Below are positions 18,808-27,545 of a DNA stretch of 64,000 nt, piece after piece. Source of the stretch: a virus; IMG/VR virus record IMGVR_UViG_3300045988_135095; one strand, written 5' to 3'. The notes beneath the pieces are model-generated. The model saw only the letters and a program-made list of their open reading frames with translations, had not been told where the DNA came from and did not search any database. The position numbers were made by a program, and so were the translations under genes. Every line of letters starts with the position of its first letter. Positions within the stretch are counted from its first letter, which is position 1.

Positions 18808-19450
18808 TCTCTAATAATTTACAAACAACACTAAATGCCTTTTCGGCAAGACTATCCCAAAAACCTGCATACTGCTCGGTCTGGTTCGGCTCCAGGGAAT
18901 TATCGCTAATAACTCGGATGGACGTAAAACCGATACCCTTCTTGTAGCATACCTGCGCGAGAGCAGCAGACTCCATGTCAATAGCACATACGTTATAAGA
19001 ATTAGGAAGAAAATCCTTAATCGCCAATACCTGCTCTCTCGTGGTGACAAACTTATCTCCCGTAGCTATAGTTCCTAGTCTGAATCTTTCATCCATATCA
19101 ATCCAGGAGAAATCAGAAGGAAAGACTGCCGGCATACCTTGAACTTGTCCATTGGCATTCGGTTCGCCGCAATATACATCGTGGTAACAGTACGAATTAC
19201 CTATTACGACATTACCTGGCTTTAAACCAGCAACGGCAGCACCTGCGCATCCTACCGAGATAACTCTTGTAACTTTGCTGGACGTATTCGACGAAAGAAA
19301 TTCTGTCAAGCAAGATGCCGCATTAACCTTGCCAATACCAGACTTGATTAAAGCTATGTTTTGAACATTTTTGTAGTCAAGCCAATTCTTTGCAATCCAT
19401 TCGCTGATAAGGTCATATTCCTTATCCATAGCGGTAACTATGACAATCAT
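18791..19450 (-). CDS. mtnN: 5-methylthioadenosine/S-adenosylhomocysteine nucleosidase
   Basis: 219 aa with VTAMDKE, SGIGKVNAA, VGCAGA, IDMESAA and RVISDN motifs. AGGAGG SD upstream. Overlaps luxS by 17 nt. Confidence 0.85.
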   Translation of the reverse strand: MIVIVTAMDKEYDLISEWIAKNWLDYKNVQNIALIKSGIGKVNAASCLTEFLSSNTSSKVTRVISVGCAGAAVAGLKPGNVVIGNSYCYHDVYCGEPNANGQVQGMPAVFPSDFSWIDMDERFRLGTIATGDKFVTTREQVLAIKDFLPNSYNVCAIDMESAALAQVCYKKGIGFTSIRVISDNSLEPNQTEQYAGFWDSLAEKAFSVVCKLLENDTKF

Positions 19451-19746
19451 TGCGCACCTCCTTTCGTTAGCTTAAGCTTCTTACAACGATTGTAAATAGC
19501 GTTTTCGTCCACTCCAATCTTGGTAGCAATGGCTTTTACCGGGTACTTGCCATACATTCTGCGAATGATGAAATCCTCATCAGCTGTAAACACGTGGCTC
19601 TTGCTGATACCCATTTCCTTCATCTTTCGATGGATGGCCCAATAATTACGATTGAGCTTCTTTGCAATCTCCGTTGTCGTCATCACCAAAGCATTAACCT
19701 TGATGAACTCAATCTCTTCTGCACTAAAATGTTTTCCTCTACTCAT
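19447..19746 (-). CDS. DNA-binding protein with two HTH-like repeats
   Basis: 99 aa with a duplicated F(S/T)AEE/DED-FI...T-EIA-K motif, which is Myb/sigma-r4-like by eye. Confidence 0.4.
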   Translation of the reverse strand: MSRGKHFSAEEIEFIKVNALVMTTTEIAKKLNRNYWAIHRKMKEMGISKSHVFTADEDFIIRRMYGKYPVKAIATKIGVDENAIYNRCKKLKLTKGGAQ

Positions 19747-19931
19747 TATTTAATATTTGGGTTCATTAAGCCGCCCAAGGCTTTCCTTCTCTTTCTGTTA
19801 TATCTTCTGTTTGCAGCAATCCTTTCAGCGTTCTCTTTACGATAGACTTCCATTCTTGCCAATAAATGTTCCTTATGCTCCTGGTAGTACCTTCTATGGT
19901 ATTCCCGGATATCCTCCTCACTTCTCGCCAT
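19746..19931 (-). CDS. hypothetical basic protein
   Basis: Track ORF with ATG start. 1-nt overlap with the next gene. Confidence 0.35.
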   Translation of the reverse strand: MARSEEDIREYHRRYYQEHKEHLLARMEVYRKENAERIAANRRYNRKRRKALGGLMNPNIK

Positions 19932-20160
19932 GTACCTTGTCTTTTATTAGCTCGTACAACGATGGACTAAGTGTACTCCAACGACCATTCTCATCTTTTA
20001 CAAGATAGAATCCATCAGGAACATAGAACTCTCGATTTCTCAATCTAACTATCAATGTTTGTTTAGTGCAGTCTCCGCTGACAGTCTTTACTAACTCTGA
20101 AACGTCCGGGCATTTCCATAATTCTTGGATGTTCTCGGAAGATACTTTAATTGCAATCAT
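19918..20160 (-). CDS. hypothetical protein
   Basis: The ATG at 20160 lies 1 nt after the ASCH-like gene stop. The longer track version (to 20289) would overlap that gene by 128 nt. Confidence 0.3.
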   Translation of the reverse strand: MIAIKVSSENIQELWKCPDVSELVKTVSGDCTKQTLIVRLRNREFYVPDGFYLVKDENGRWSTLSPSLYELIKDKVHGEK

Positions 20161-20161
20161 A

Positions 20162-20512
20162 TCACTTAAACTTAATGATGAAAAACTCATGATCCAACCA
20201 CTTGCCTGGGCAAAGACCTTTCTTCGGTTTACCGATGGTGATACTCTCAATCTCCTTCTCAATTCGTGGACTATACTTGCGGTAGCCATTGATGAAGAGG
20301 ACGTGAGTATAAGGTTTATATTCCAGCTTGCCTATCACGCGACAATAACCGCCAAACTCATCGAAAAGCACCTCACCGCTTTCTGCTTGTTGGTTTACCA
20401 GTCTGGAAGCCCAATATGATTTTATTTTCCGATATTCCTCAGTCTTCTCGCCAGTCACAATCTTATCAAACCATTCCTTGCTGACGGTGAGCACCAATAC
20501 TTTCTTTTCCAT
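20162..20512 (-). CDS. ASCH-domain-like protein
   Basis: 116 aa. ...WFDKIVTGEKTEEYR... resembles the ASCH fold signature (from memory). Confidence 0.45.
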   Translation of the reverse strand: MEKKVLVLTVSKEWFDKIVTGEKTEEYRKIKSYWASRLVNQQAESGEVLFDEFGGYCRVIGKLEYKPYTHVLFINGYRKYSPRIEKEIESITIGKPKKGLCPGKWLDHEFFIIKFK

Positions 20513-20518
20513 ACGCTG

Positions 20519-20752
20519 CTACTTCTTTTTATTACAAGGACAACTACTAGCGTGAATAATAACGCAAGCTCCATGTTCCCTGCCCACAAACAGGTAGTCA
20601 TGCCCTTTCTTGGTGAATATTTTTATATTAAACTCTTCTTTTTCGTGTGGAGTTCCTAAGCTGAAAGAAACTCTAAAACCTATTACGCCTATAATGAAAA
20701 TCAAAACGAGCAAACCGTATGACTTGGCTAAGTCTAAAATCTTTTTCTTCAT
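20519..20752 (-). CDS. small membrane-anchored protein
   Basis: 77 aa with an N-terminal hydrophobic helix YGLLVLIFIIGVIGF. Confidence 0.4.
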   Translation of the reverse strand: MKKKILDLAKSYGLLVLIFIIGVIGFRVSFSLGTPHEKEEFNIKIFTKKGHDYLFVGREHGACVIIHASSCPCNKKK

Positions 20753-20755
20753 ACG

Positions 20756-21139
20756 CTACTTCTCATCGAATTTGTTGCCAACGACTATGAATTTACCTAA
20801 TGAAAGATAATAACCTAACGGTTTTTCATAAATCTTTCCATTAGCATGTGTGAGGTAATACCCACTTAACTCTTCCGACCATACAATTTCTGATGGAATA
20901 AAAGGATAATTCTTGATAACATCATGTTCGTACAATTCATTGCCCTTACCGTCTGCCAGTTCACAGGACTGGCAGACGGTAGAAGGGTCAACTTCATAAG
21001 TGATATTTCTGTTCAACATACTTTCTTCCTGACGATTTTCGATGATGTAGGTGTTACCACATTCGGCATAAAAGTAACCTTCTACCCACTTACCATTGTC
21101 AAGACGTTTTGCTTTAAACTTGATATTTCCTACTTTCAT
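20756..21139 (-). CDS. YopX-like phage protein
   Basis: N-terminus IKFKAKRLDNGKWVEGYF resembles YopX-family proteins (from memory). Confidence 0.45.
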   Translation of the reverse strand: MKVGNIKFKAKRLDNGKWVEGYFYAECGNTYIIENRQEESMLNRNITYEVDPSTVCQSCELADGKGNELYEHDVIKNYPFIPSEIVWSEELSGYYLTHANGKIYEKPLGYYLSLGKFIVVGNKFDEK

Positions 21140-21142
21140 AAG

Positions 21143-21397
21143 CTATTCATATAAAATTGTTATTCTTTTACTTTTATCTACCTTCAATATAGATTCTTTT
21201 GCTTTATCGATAGAAGAAAACAAATACTCCGGGCGAAGGTTATATGCACCATAATCCCAATAATGGATAAGTCCAAATAACAACGAATGTCTCTTATCTA
21301 CACGATAAGCATATATTGGTTCATCCCAAGAATCGTAATGTATGCCTTTAACAGCCTTGCTTTTACGATACATATCTACTATTCTATAGGTTGCCAT
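21143..21397 (-). CDS. hypothetical protein
   Basis: Track ORF with ATG start, tightly packed in the early operon. Confidence 0.4.
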   Translation of the reverse strand: MATYRIVDMYRKSKAVKGIHYDSWDEPIYAYRVDKRHSLLFGLIHYWDYGAYNLRPEYLFSSIDKAKESILKVDKSKRITILYE

Positions 21398-21399
21398 AA

Positions 21400-21609
21400 C
21401 TATTTTGCTTTAACATTATATACTCCATCAATGACCTCCACCTCATAACAATCGGGACAATAGTGTTTGCCATCTATCATTTCCCAATCAGAGTAGTCAC
21501 CAATATCAACTTCTTTGTTACTGAATAGTGCAGAGCAAGTATCTGTACCGCCAAATACTCCTCCGCATCTATCGCAAACAATCTGATACATTGTAATCGG
21601 TCTATACAT
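21400..21609 (-). CDS. small zinc-ribbon protein
   Basis: 69 aa with CDRCG...CPDC. Confidence 0.4.
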   Translation of the reverse strand: MYRPITMYQIVCDRCGGVFGGTDTCSALFSNKEVDIGDYSDWEMIDGKHYCPDCYEVEVIDGVYNVKAK

Positions 21610-21612
21610 AAG

Positions 21613-21972
21613 CTATTCAACTTTTACACCGAAGGGAGTTCCGTCGGCAAATGTGAACTTTTTAAAAAGAGCTTCTAAATCACAACCATTGCCTATCACT
21701 GTTAAGTTTATTTTTTGATTGATTCCAATAGGAATCATCCATCCAAACGGCTGGTGCTTTTGCATCTCCTGCCAGCACTCTTCTTCATCCTTAAATGGGC
21801 GGTATTTTTGTTCTGGCTTGATGCGGTAATCATTATAATAAGTTACTAAATGGTCTAAACTAGCTACGTTAGTATCATACCATTCTCTATTAATTGTTTT
21901 ATGTTGTATAGTTTTGCCATCTACAATAGCCTGCAGAATAGGCATAATTTTTTTAAGATTCTTTATATCCAT
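21613..21972 (-). CDS. hypothetical protein
   Basis: Track ORF with ATG start, tightly packed. Confidence 0.4.
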   Translation of the reverse strand: MDIKNLKKIMPILQAIVDGKTIQHKTINREWYDTNVASLDHLVTYYNDYRIKPEQKYRPFKDEEECWQEMQKHQPFGWMIPIGINQKINLTVIGNGCDLEALFKKFTFADGTPFGVKVE

Positions 21973-21975
21973 AAT

Positions 21976-22113
21976 TCAATCCTCCAATTCTTTAAGCATT
22001 TCATTCAAATTCTTTTTAACTCTCATTAGTGCAGGATAACCTCTATCAGCATCAATATCTGGAATTTCTAATAAAGAGTCTTTAATTAACTCAATAGCTT
22101 TTTCTTTACTCAT
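21976..22113 (-). CDS. small hypothetical protein (45 aa)
   Basis: Manual translation MSKEKAIELIKDSLLEIPDID... GGAGGG SD upstream. ATGA overlap with the upstream ORF. Confidence 0.3.
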   Translation of the reverse strand: MSKEKAIELIKDSLLEIPDIDADRGYPALMRVKKNLNEMLKELED

Positions 22114-22286
22114 TGCTTACCCTCCTTTGCCTTTAAGTATCTTCGTTCAAAACTTTTGAACTGTCTGTTTATAGAATGAGCTTCTTCTTCAAATCCTTCA
22201 TCTAAAGTACCAGACATAGCCATAAGGGATTCTGTTGCTTGAAAGAAAGCTTCAAAGTCCTTTTCTGTTACATTCATTTTTGCCAT
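22110..22286 (-). CDS. small hypothetical protein (58 aa)
   Basis: Manual translation MAKMNVTEKDFEAFFQ..., checked codon by codon. The stop overlaps the next ATG. Confidence 0.3.
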   Translation of the reverse strand: MAKMNVTEKDFEAFFQATESLMAMSGTLDEGFEEEAHSINRQFKSFERRYLKAKEGKQ

Positions 22287-22310
22287 ATTACTATCTGATT
22301 AGTTAATCTT

Positions 22311-22439
22311 CTACAATAACCCATTTTCAGTGCAAGTGTCAATAGCTCTAATTGCTATCCAAATCGCTTGCTTCTGTTCATCGTCTGTAAGATTGCTTCT
22401 AATCTCACACAACTTTCTTTTTACTTCTGCAGCTTTCAT
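22311..22439 (-). CDS. small hypothetical protein (42 aa)
   Basis: Manual translation MKAAEVKRKLCEIRSNL... ATGA overlap with the stop of 22436..22867. Confidence 0.3.
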   Translation of the reverse strand: MKAAEVKRKLCEIRSNLTDDEQKQAIWIAIRAIDTCTENGLL

Positions 22440-22867
22440 ATTCTCTTCTTTTTACCACCTGCGAATGCTTGTGTCATGTTTATCGCAGATTTAATATCTT
22501 TGTACCTGACACCGCAAACTGTTGCCACATTTTTAATTGCCTCATCCATTTTGAATTGCCTTGCCAAAAACTGATTATTCTTTATCAAGTTGACGATTTC
22601 TTCTTTCGTGTGAATTCCTTTCCAAAATAGTTCGGTATGACTACCAACTCTGTCTTCATCTACAGAGAACGGAACACCATAATTTGTATAAAACTCTCCG
22701 TGATGCTTGATGAGATGGCGACCAGGATTCTTTCGGATATTATTTATCCAAGTTTCATTATCGCATTCGCACCACATTCCATATTCTGCCGAGGTCAGCA
22801 CTTTGTCGATGCCGATAGGATAATGACCAGAACACCCATTCGTTCCAAAATAAATAATCTCTGCCAT
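22436..22867 (-). CDS. hypothetical protein
   Basis: Track ORF, 143 aa, ATG start. Confidence 0.45.
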   Translation of the reverse strand: MAEIIYFGTNGCSGHYPIGIDKVLTSAEYGMWCECDNETWINNIRKNPGRHLIKHHGEFYTNYGVPFSVDEDRVGSHTELFWKGIHTKEEIVNLIKNNQFLARQFKMDEAIKNVATVCGVRYKDIKSAINMTQAFAGGKKKRI

Positions 22868-22920
22868 ATTCTCTCTTCTTTTTACCCTCTCCCTTTTACA
22901 GGAGAGGGTGGTTAGTTACT

Positions 22921-23184
22921 CTATCTCCAAGCGTAAATTGCTGTATAATTACCTTTGCACCCAGTATCAAGGTTATGGGAATAATAATACTTAACAGCAG
23001 CGCAATCAAATCTCCAATTGTGCTTTGCAATTAATGTGTAAACTTCACTATCTCTTGTAGCGCGCCCCTTTTCATCGAATAATGCCAAATAGAGAGGGTC
23101 ATTATCATCACATCTATATGGGTCAAACGGCTTAATGAAGTTACCATCTTTATCAAAGCAGTCTTTAATTTTCATTTTCTTCAT
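22921..23184 (-). CDS. hypothetical protein
   Basis: Track ORF with ATG start. Preceded by the conserved ATAAATAGATAGTAATATG context. Confidence 0.4.
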   Translation of the reverse strand: MKKMKIKDCFDKDGNFIKPFDPYRCDDNDPLYLALFDEKGRATRDSEVYTLIAKHNWRFDCAAVKYYYSHNLDTGCKGNYTAIYAWR

Positions 23185-23221
23185 ATTACTATCTATTTAT
23201 ATCCTCATAGAGGATAATTAG

Positions 23222-23710
23222 TTAATCTTTTTTCGGCTTAATACCCCATGCAAGGCATCCAAATCTAACATCAGTACTAATGTTTGAGCCATCAAAAACT
23301 CTCTCTTCTCCTCCAATAGACGTTAGGGTAATACCTATAGGCAATGAAGGGTAGAGATATAGCGGAATCAAACGAAGTCCAAGAGTATTTTTCTCTTTGG
23401 AAACCTTCTTATCAAATTCCTCCTTTGTAAGGTGTCCCTTGTCTAATTCAGATTGTAAACAAGAAATTTCTTCCTCAATATCTTCTTCGGATTGCCAACT
23501 TCCAAAATGTAAAGCCTTACACTGACTTTCCGTAAGAGCATTCCAATCAATGTCTTTCTTAAATTGTTCTTGAACTTTTTGCCAAGCATTATTGAGACTT
23601 TCCTTTTTAAATTCTTCGTCCCACTTTTTATATACTTGGATACACGCAATTTGATTTGCGAGCCATTTCAAAGTATTACTAACTTTGTCTTCTAATGAAA
23701 TTTGTTCCAT
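23222..23710 (-). CDS. hypothetical protein
   Basis: Track ORF, 162 aa, ATG start. Confidence 0.45.
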   Translation of the reverse strand: MEQISLEDKVSNTLKWLANQIACIQVYKKWDEEFKKESLNNAWQKVQEQFKKDIDWNALTESQCKALHFGSWQSEEDIEEEISCLQSELDKGHLTKEEFDKKVSKEKNTLGLRLIPLYLYPSLPIGITLTSIGGEERVFDGSNISTDVRFGCLAWGIKPKKD

Positions 23711-23748
23711 ATTACTTTATATTATAATCCTATAAGGATGTTTAGTTA

Positions 23749-23964
23749 CTAAAGCTCATCAAACTCTTTCTGAAGTCTCTGTTTTGTTTCATTCAGAAGC
23801 TGCTTGAATTTGGTTTTAAACTCTTCATCACACTCTGAAAGCTCATAAATAGCATCAGCAAGACTACTACGCATTGATTTTGGAGACATATTTAAGAGTT
23901 CATTTACTTTAGGAATTAAACTCTTTGCTAAGATATTTGCTCTTTCTAATTTTTCTGTATTCAT
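23749..23964 (-). CDS. hypothetical protein
   Basis: Track ORF, 71 aa, helical. Confidence 0.4.
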   Translation of the reverse strand: MNTEKLERANILAKSLIPKVNELLNMSPKSMRSSLADAIYELSECDEEFKTKFKQLLNETKQRLQKEFDEL

Positions 23965-23996
23965 ATTACTATCTATTTATATCCTTTGCAGGATGG

Positions 23997-24335
23997 TTAA
24001 TCAATCTTCTTGATACTATCAATTTCCATACTCCATAGTACAAGCTCTCTATTGGAGCGAGTGCCATCTTTTTTAGCAGGGTTGATTCTTACATCAATCT
24101 CGCCATTATAGCCACCGTAACCTCGGTCTGGAACAATGCTTTTAATCCAACAAACATCACATCTGGAACAGCTAACTTTGTCGCCAACCTTGTATGGAAG
24201 ACTTTCGATGTAATCATTTACGTAAGAACAAATCTCATCGTTAGCATCATTGATAATGCTTCGTTGTTTGTCAACCTTTACTTTTAATTCTTCTTTTGTC
24301 ATATCTTTAAAATTATGTCCGAAGACGTTAAACAT
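23997..24335 (-). CDS. hypothetical protein
   Basis: Track ORF, 112 aa. Confidence 0.4.
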   Translation of the reverse strand: MFNVFGHNFKDMTKEELKVKVDKQRSIINDANDEICSYVNDYIESLPYKVGDKVSCSRCDVCWIKSIVPDRGYGGYNGEIDVRINPAKKDGTRSNRELVLWSMEIDSIKKID

Positions 24336-24504
24336 TTAACAATACTCTTTTGAGCTTTATTCGCAAATTCTCTTTTAACTCTTTAGCTTCACTCCAAGGT
24401 GTATATGTTGTGGTATAAAAATTATAACTACGTTCATCTACACAATGTAAGCCTGTTATGAGTAATTCTAACTCTTCGTTTGATAATACAACATTTTTAT
24501 CCAT
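24328..24504 (-). CDS. small hypothetical protein (58 aa)
   Basis: Manual translation MDKNVVLSNEELELLITGLHC..., checked codon by codon. 8-nt overlap with the next gene. Confidence 0.3.
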   Translation of the reverse strand: MDKNVVLSNEELELLITGLHCVDERSYNFYTTTYTPWSEAKELKENLRIKLKRVLLNV

Positions 24505-24532
24505 ACTTCTATTATTTATGCCCCGAAGGCAA

Positions 24533-25033
24533 TTAATAATTGCGTATTATCTCAACTTTCCACTCCTTAGAAGAGAACTTCTTTTTGAGGTTTTTAATTA
24601 AACTCTCGATCTCTTGAAGAGATTCAAAGGCATTAACTAAATCACCTACTTGATACCAATAGTCCCATCTGTCTGGTTGTTCGTCTTTCTCCTTTTGAGT
24701 GAGAGGTCTGACAAACTCCCCTTTGATGGATTTATACTCATTCGGAATTTCAATCCCTCCCAAATATCCTCCTACAGAACTATTACCACACACATTGCTT
24801 ACATTAATATACAATTTTGCGTAATAATGTATTGCTCCACCACAAAGACCACAAAAAGAACTAATTTCGATATTCATGAGTCTTTTTTTGTCTTTAGTAT
24901 AGCTACCCATAGTTGTATATGTTTTACCAGAGAGATTAAACTGAAATCCTTCTCCAATATTCTGAGGAATAGCCCCAGTTATCTTAGATATATCAAATCC
25001 ATTTTCTATTCGTAAATAGCTGTTTGTATTCAT
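24533..25033 (-). CDS. hypothetical protein
   Basis: Track ORF, 166 aa. Confidence 0.45.
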   Translation of the reverse strand: MNTNSYLRIENGFDISKITGAIPQNIGEGFQFNLSGKTYTTMGSYTKDKKRLMNIEISSFCGLCGGAIHYYAKLYINVSNVCGNSSVGGYLGGIEIPNEYKSIKGEFVRPLTQKEKDEQPDRWDYWYQVGDLVNAFESLQEIESLIKNLKKKFSSKEWKVEIIRNY

Positions 25034-25067
25034 ACGCTTTGCTTCTTATGCCCGAAGGCGTTATAAA

Positions 25068-25334
25068 CTAATGTGAAAAAATATTTTTATCACCTAAATC
25101 TTTTAATGCTATATCCTTACACTTTTGGCAAAGAAATTTGTTTCCCATGCCTTTGTCAAAACACGCTAAAGAAATAAAATCTTCTGGTTGGAATTTGTGC
25201 CCACAGCAAAAGCAAGTCTTTTGTACTGACAAATTAGAACTCTCACGCAACTCTTTAAAATGTGCAAACGTCCCAAAGTAGTGTCCTTTTTCACACCCTA
25301 CAGCTTTGTAGACTTTCTTAATTATTACTTCCAT
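25068..25334 (-). CDS. small Cys-rich (zinc-finger-like) protein
   Basis: 88 aa with CFCCGH...CQKC. Confidence 0.4.
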   Translation of the reverse strand: MEVIIKKVYKAVGCEKGHYFGTFAHFKELRESSNLSVQKTCFCCGHKFQPEDFISLACFDKGMGNKFLCQKCKDIALKDLGDKNIFSH

Positions 25335-25336
25335 AC

Positions 25337-25732
25337 CTACACCTCCATTTCGTGATTAATACATAGACCAAAGAGAAGGTGCTGGAGTTCGTGGATATAA
25401 TGTATCTCCATTATAAAGATTCTGTTAATAGCAACGTATATATTTTCGCTAAGCTCTATTGTTAAGCGAATATTGTTAACGTTTTTCTCAAAGAATTTCT
25501 CATATAATTTCTCCCATCCATTCTTCTTTAAAATCTCAGGAGTGAGAGGAATCGGACGAATAGCATTATTACTAATAGAGTATGTTGTACTACTATCGTT
25601 TAACATGACTACCTTAAGAAAGCCACCACTCAATGAAGATATTACTTTGAATATTTTATCTTTAGCAAATTGAAGTGCTGACTCCTTTACCATCACCAAA
25701 TCACCTGGTATATATTCTAATTTATTATCCAT
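25337..25732 (-). CDS. hypothetical protein
   Basis: Track ORF, 131 aa. Confidence 0.45.
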   Translation of the reverse strand: MDNKLEYIPGDLVMVKESALQFAKDKIFKVISSLSGGFLKVVMLNDSSTTYSISNNAIRPIPLTPEILKKNGWEKLYEKFFEKNVNNIRLTIELSENIYVAINRIFIMEIHYIHELQHLLFGLCINHEMEV

Positions 25733-25737
25733 ACGCT

Positions 25738-25902
25738 TTACTTTTCAAATAACACGAATTTCCCATTTTCAATACCGATTGATTTAATACCTTTCGTACA
25801 ATATTCAGTATCTCCGTGAGGGTTAATAACATATTCTCTTTTTATACAAACATCGCTTTCTGGCTTTGTTAGCAATATTTCTGTTAATTCTTTTGCTTTC
25901 AT
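25738..25902 (-). CDS. small hypothetical protein (54 aa)
   Basis: Manual translation MKAKELTEILLTKPESDVC..., checked codon by codon. Confidence 0.3.
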   Translation of the reverse strand: MKAKELTEILLTKPESDVCIKREYVINPHGDTEYCTKGIKSIGIENGKFVLFEK

Positions 25903-25933
25903 ATTATTATCTATTTATGCCCGATGTCGTTAA

Positions 25934-26101
25934 TCAATATCGTTTAAAGAAACCTTTTCCGTATCTCTTGGAATTCTTACTAACTTTCTTTTTCCATTTT
26001 ATACAGATAGGGCACTCATTTGGATTTCTATCGATATCACAATGACTATGCACTTCTCCTTTTCCTGGTATTTTATGAATACATGTACTATGTGGACACA
26101 T
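25934..26101 (-). CDS. small Cys/His-rich protein (55 aa)
   Basis: Manual translation MCPHSTCIHKIPGKGEVHSHCDIDRNPNECPIC... Confidence 0.3.
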   Translation of the reverse strand: MCPHSTCIHKIPGKGEVHSHCDIDRNPNECPICIKWKKKVSKNSKRYGKGFFKRY

Positions 26102-26106
26102 ACGCT

Positions 26107-26337
26107 TTACTTTTTACGATGATTAAACTTTTTTATGGCGTCCCTCTTAGAAGCAGCCATAATCTTAACACCCTTGATTGTAAACTCATGCTGTGCCTTT
26201 GGCTGACACTTCTGTTTGTCAGAAGGAATGTTGCCTTTCGGAACATTGAATCTAATACGTGGAAGACCAAAAGGAAAATCACTCATTTGGTATTCCATTT
26301 CAGTTTTCATACCAATTATTGATAGTAGTCCATTCAT
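26107..26337 (-). CDS. hypothetical protein
   Basis: Track ORF. ATGA overlap with the upstream stop. Confidence 0.35.
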   Translation of the reverse strand: MNGLLSIIGMKTEMEYQMSDFPFGLPRIRFNVPKGNIPSDKQKCQPKAQHEFTIKGVKIMAASKRDAIKKFNHRKK

Positions 26338-26552
26338 AATCTACCCTTTCTTTTTCTAAGTTCTAACATTCTCCTAGTTCTACGGCTTTCCTTGCCACTA
26401 GGAGGAATGCCACCAAGCTTTACTTCTGGGATTTCATAATTCATATAGTTGGAAGCTTCTTCATTGAGCGCCTTAACTACTTCTTTAATCAAGGCTTCTT
26501 TAAGTGATACACCAGTTGGTGTTACAATTATCTTTGCATCGTCTCTAATCAT
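26334..26552 (-). CDS. hypothetical protein
   Basis: Track ORF. AAGGAGGTGA SD upstream. Confidence 0.4.
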   Translation of the reverse strand: MIRDDAKIIVTPTGVSLKEALIKEVVKALNEEASNYMNYEIPEVKLGGIPPSGKESRRTRRMLELRKRKGRL

Positions 26553-27541
26553 TGCTCACCTCCTTCCCAATCATCAGTCGTTCCTAGTAGATGTGCTGTC
26601 TCTTCGTTGTAAGGGATACAATACATCCATAAATCTCCTACACATAAATACTTACCACTCTGCGTGTAATCAATTTCTTTTCGTGTAAGACGAGCAAAGA
26701 AATCAGCTTCCCAAGTATCATCCTTAGAATTTCGACAAAGCACCTTATCAAAAGGTTTAAACTCGACCTTTGGCTTCAAGTCCACAATCATTTTATGCTC
26801 ACTATCCCAGCGTTTGCCTTCCTTTGCGAGAGCATCAAAGAGTTGCTGCTTTTCCGAGTCCGTGGCAAATCTTTTAATACGACTTATACGACTAAAAAAT
26901 TCGCCTTCTACTTGGTTGATATATATATACTCATTACGCATATAAGCATGATAATATATCTTTCTAGTTAAACTAATTCCTCTGACAAGAACTATTGTAC
27001 CCGAATCAGATATTACTATATCTCCCTCCTTGAACTCAGGCTGAGTCTTCTCAACCTTCAAACTCTCACGGTTCAACTTTCCGCCCAAACGTTCCTCGAT
27101 GGTGTTGATGTAGGTCTGAGCTTCTTCTTTGTTTGCTTTGTAGAACTCGGATGTTAGCATGTAGTCTTCATTCTCTTCAAAGTTCACTATACTACCCCCT
27201 TCTTCCCATAGATAATTCTTACCATGGAAAGTTTTGTAGGTATCATTTTCAAACCCTTCGAAGATAATATGTACATTTCCATCTTTGTTAACTAGAATGT
27301 CTCCTTTCTTCCATGCGAACTTAGACCAGTATCGCATTTCTTTAGATGGGAACAATAGAGGTTCTGCTTCTGCATGATTAAAGTACTTGCCATCATTATA
27401 GAAAGAAGATGATTCAGCATGGTGATTTACACTACTATTATAGTATCTTCGCTGCATATGCTTGAAGTATATACATCTCCAAATAAGGGAGACCACAACT
27501 TCGTATTTTAAGATTTTCGCTAAATTAATATTCTTTTCCAT
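26549..27541 (-). CDS. hypothetical protein with three K-x-GD-I/V-type repeats
   Basis: 330 aa with repeats WKKGDILVNKDG, FKEGDIVISDSG and FKPFDKVLCRNS. Confidence 0.5.
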   Translation of the reverse strand: MEKNINLAKILKYEVVVSLIWRCIYFKHMQRRYYNSSVNHHAESSSFYNDGKYFNHAEAEPLLFPSKEMRYWSKFAWKKGDILVNKDGNVHIIFEGFENDTYKTFHGKNYLWEEGGSIVNFEENEDYMLTSEFYKANKEEAQTYINTIEERLGGKLNRESLKVEKTQPEFKEGDIVISDSGTIVLVRGISLTRKIYYHAYMRNEYIYINQVEGEFFSRISRIKRFATDSEKQQLFDALAKEGKRWDSEHKMIVDLKPKVEFKPFDKVLCRNSKDDTWEADFFARLTRKEIDYTQSGKYLCVGDLWMYCIPYNEETAHLLGTTDDWEGGEQ

Positions 27542-27545
27542 ATCA

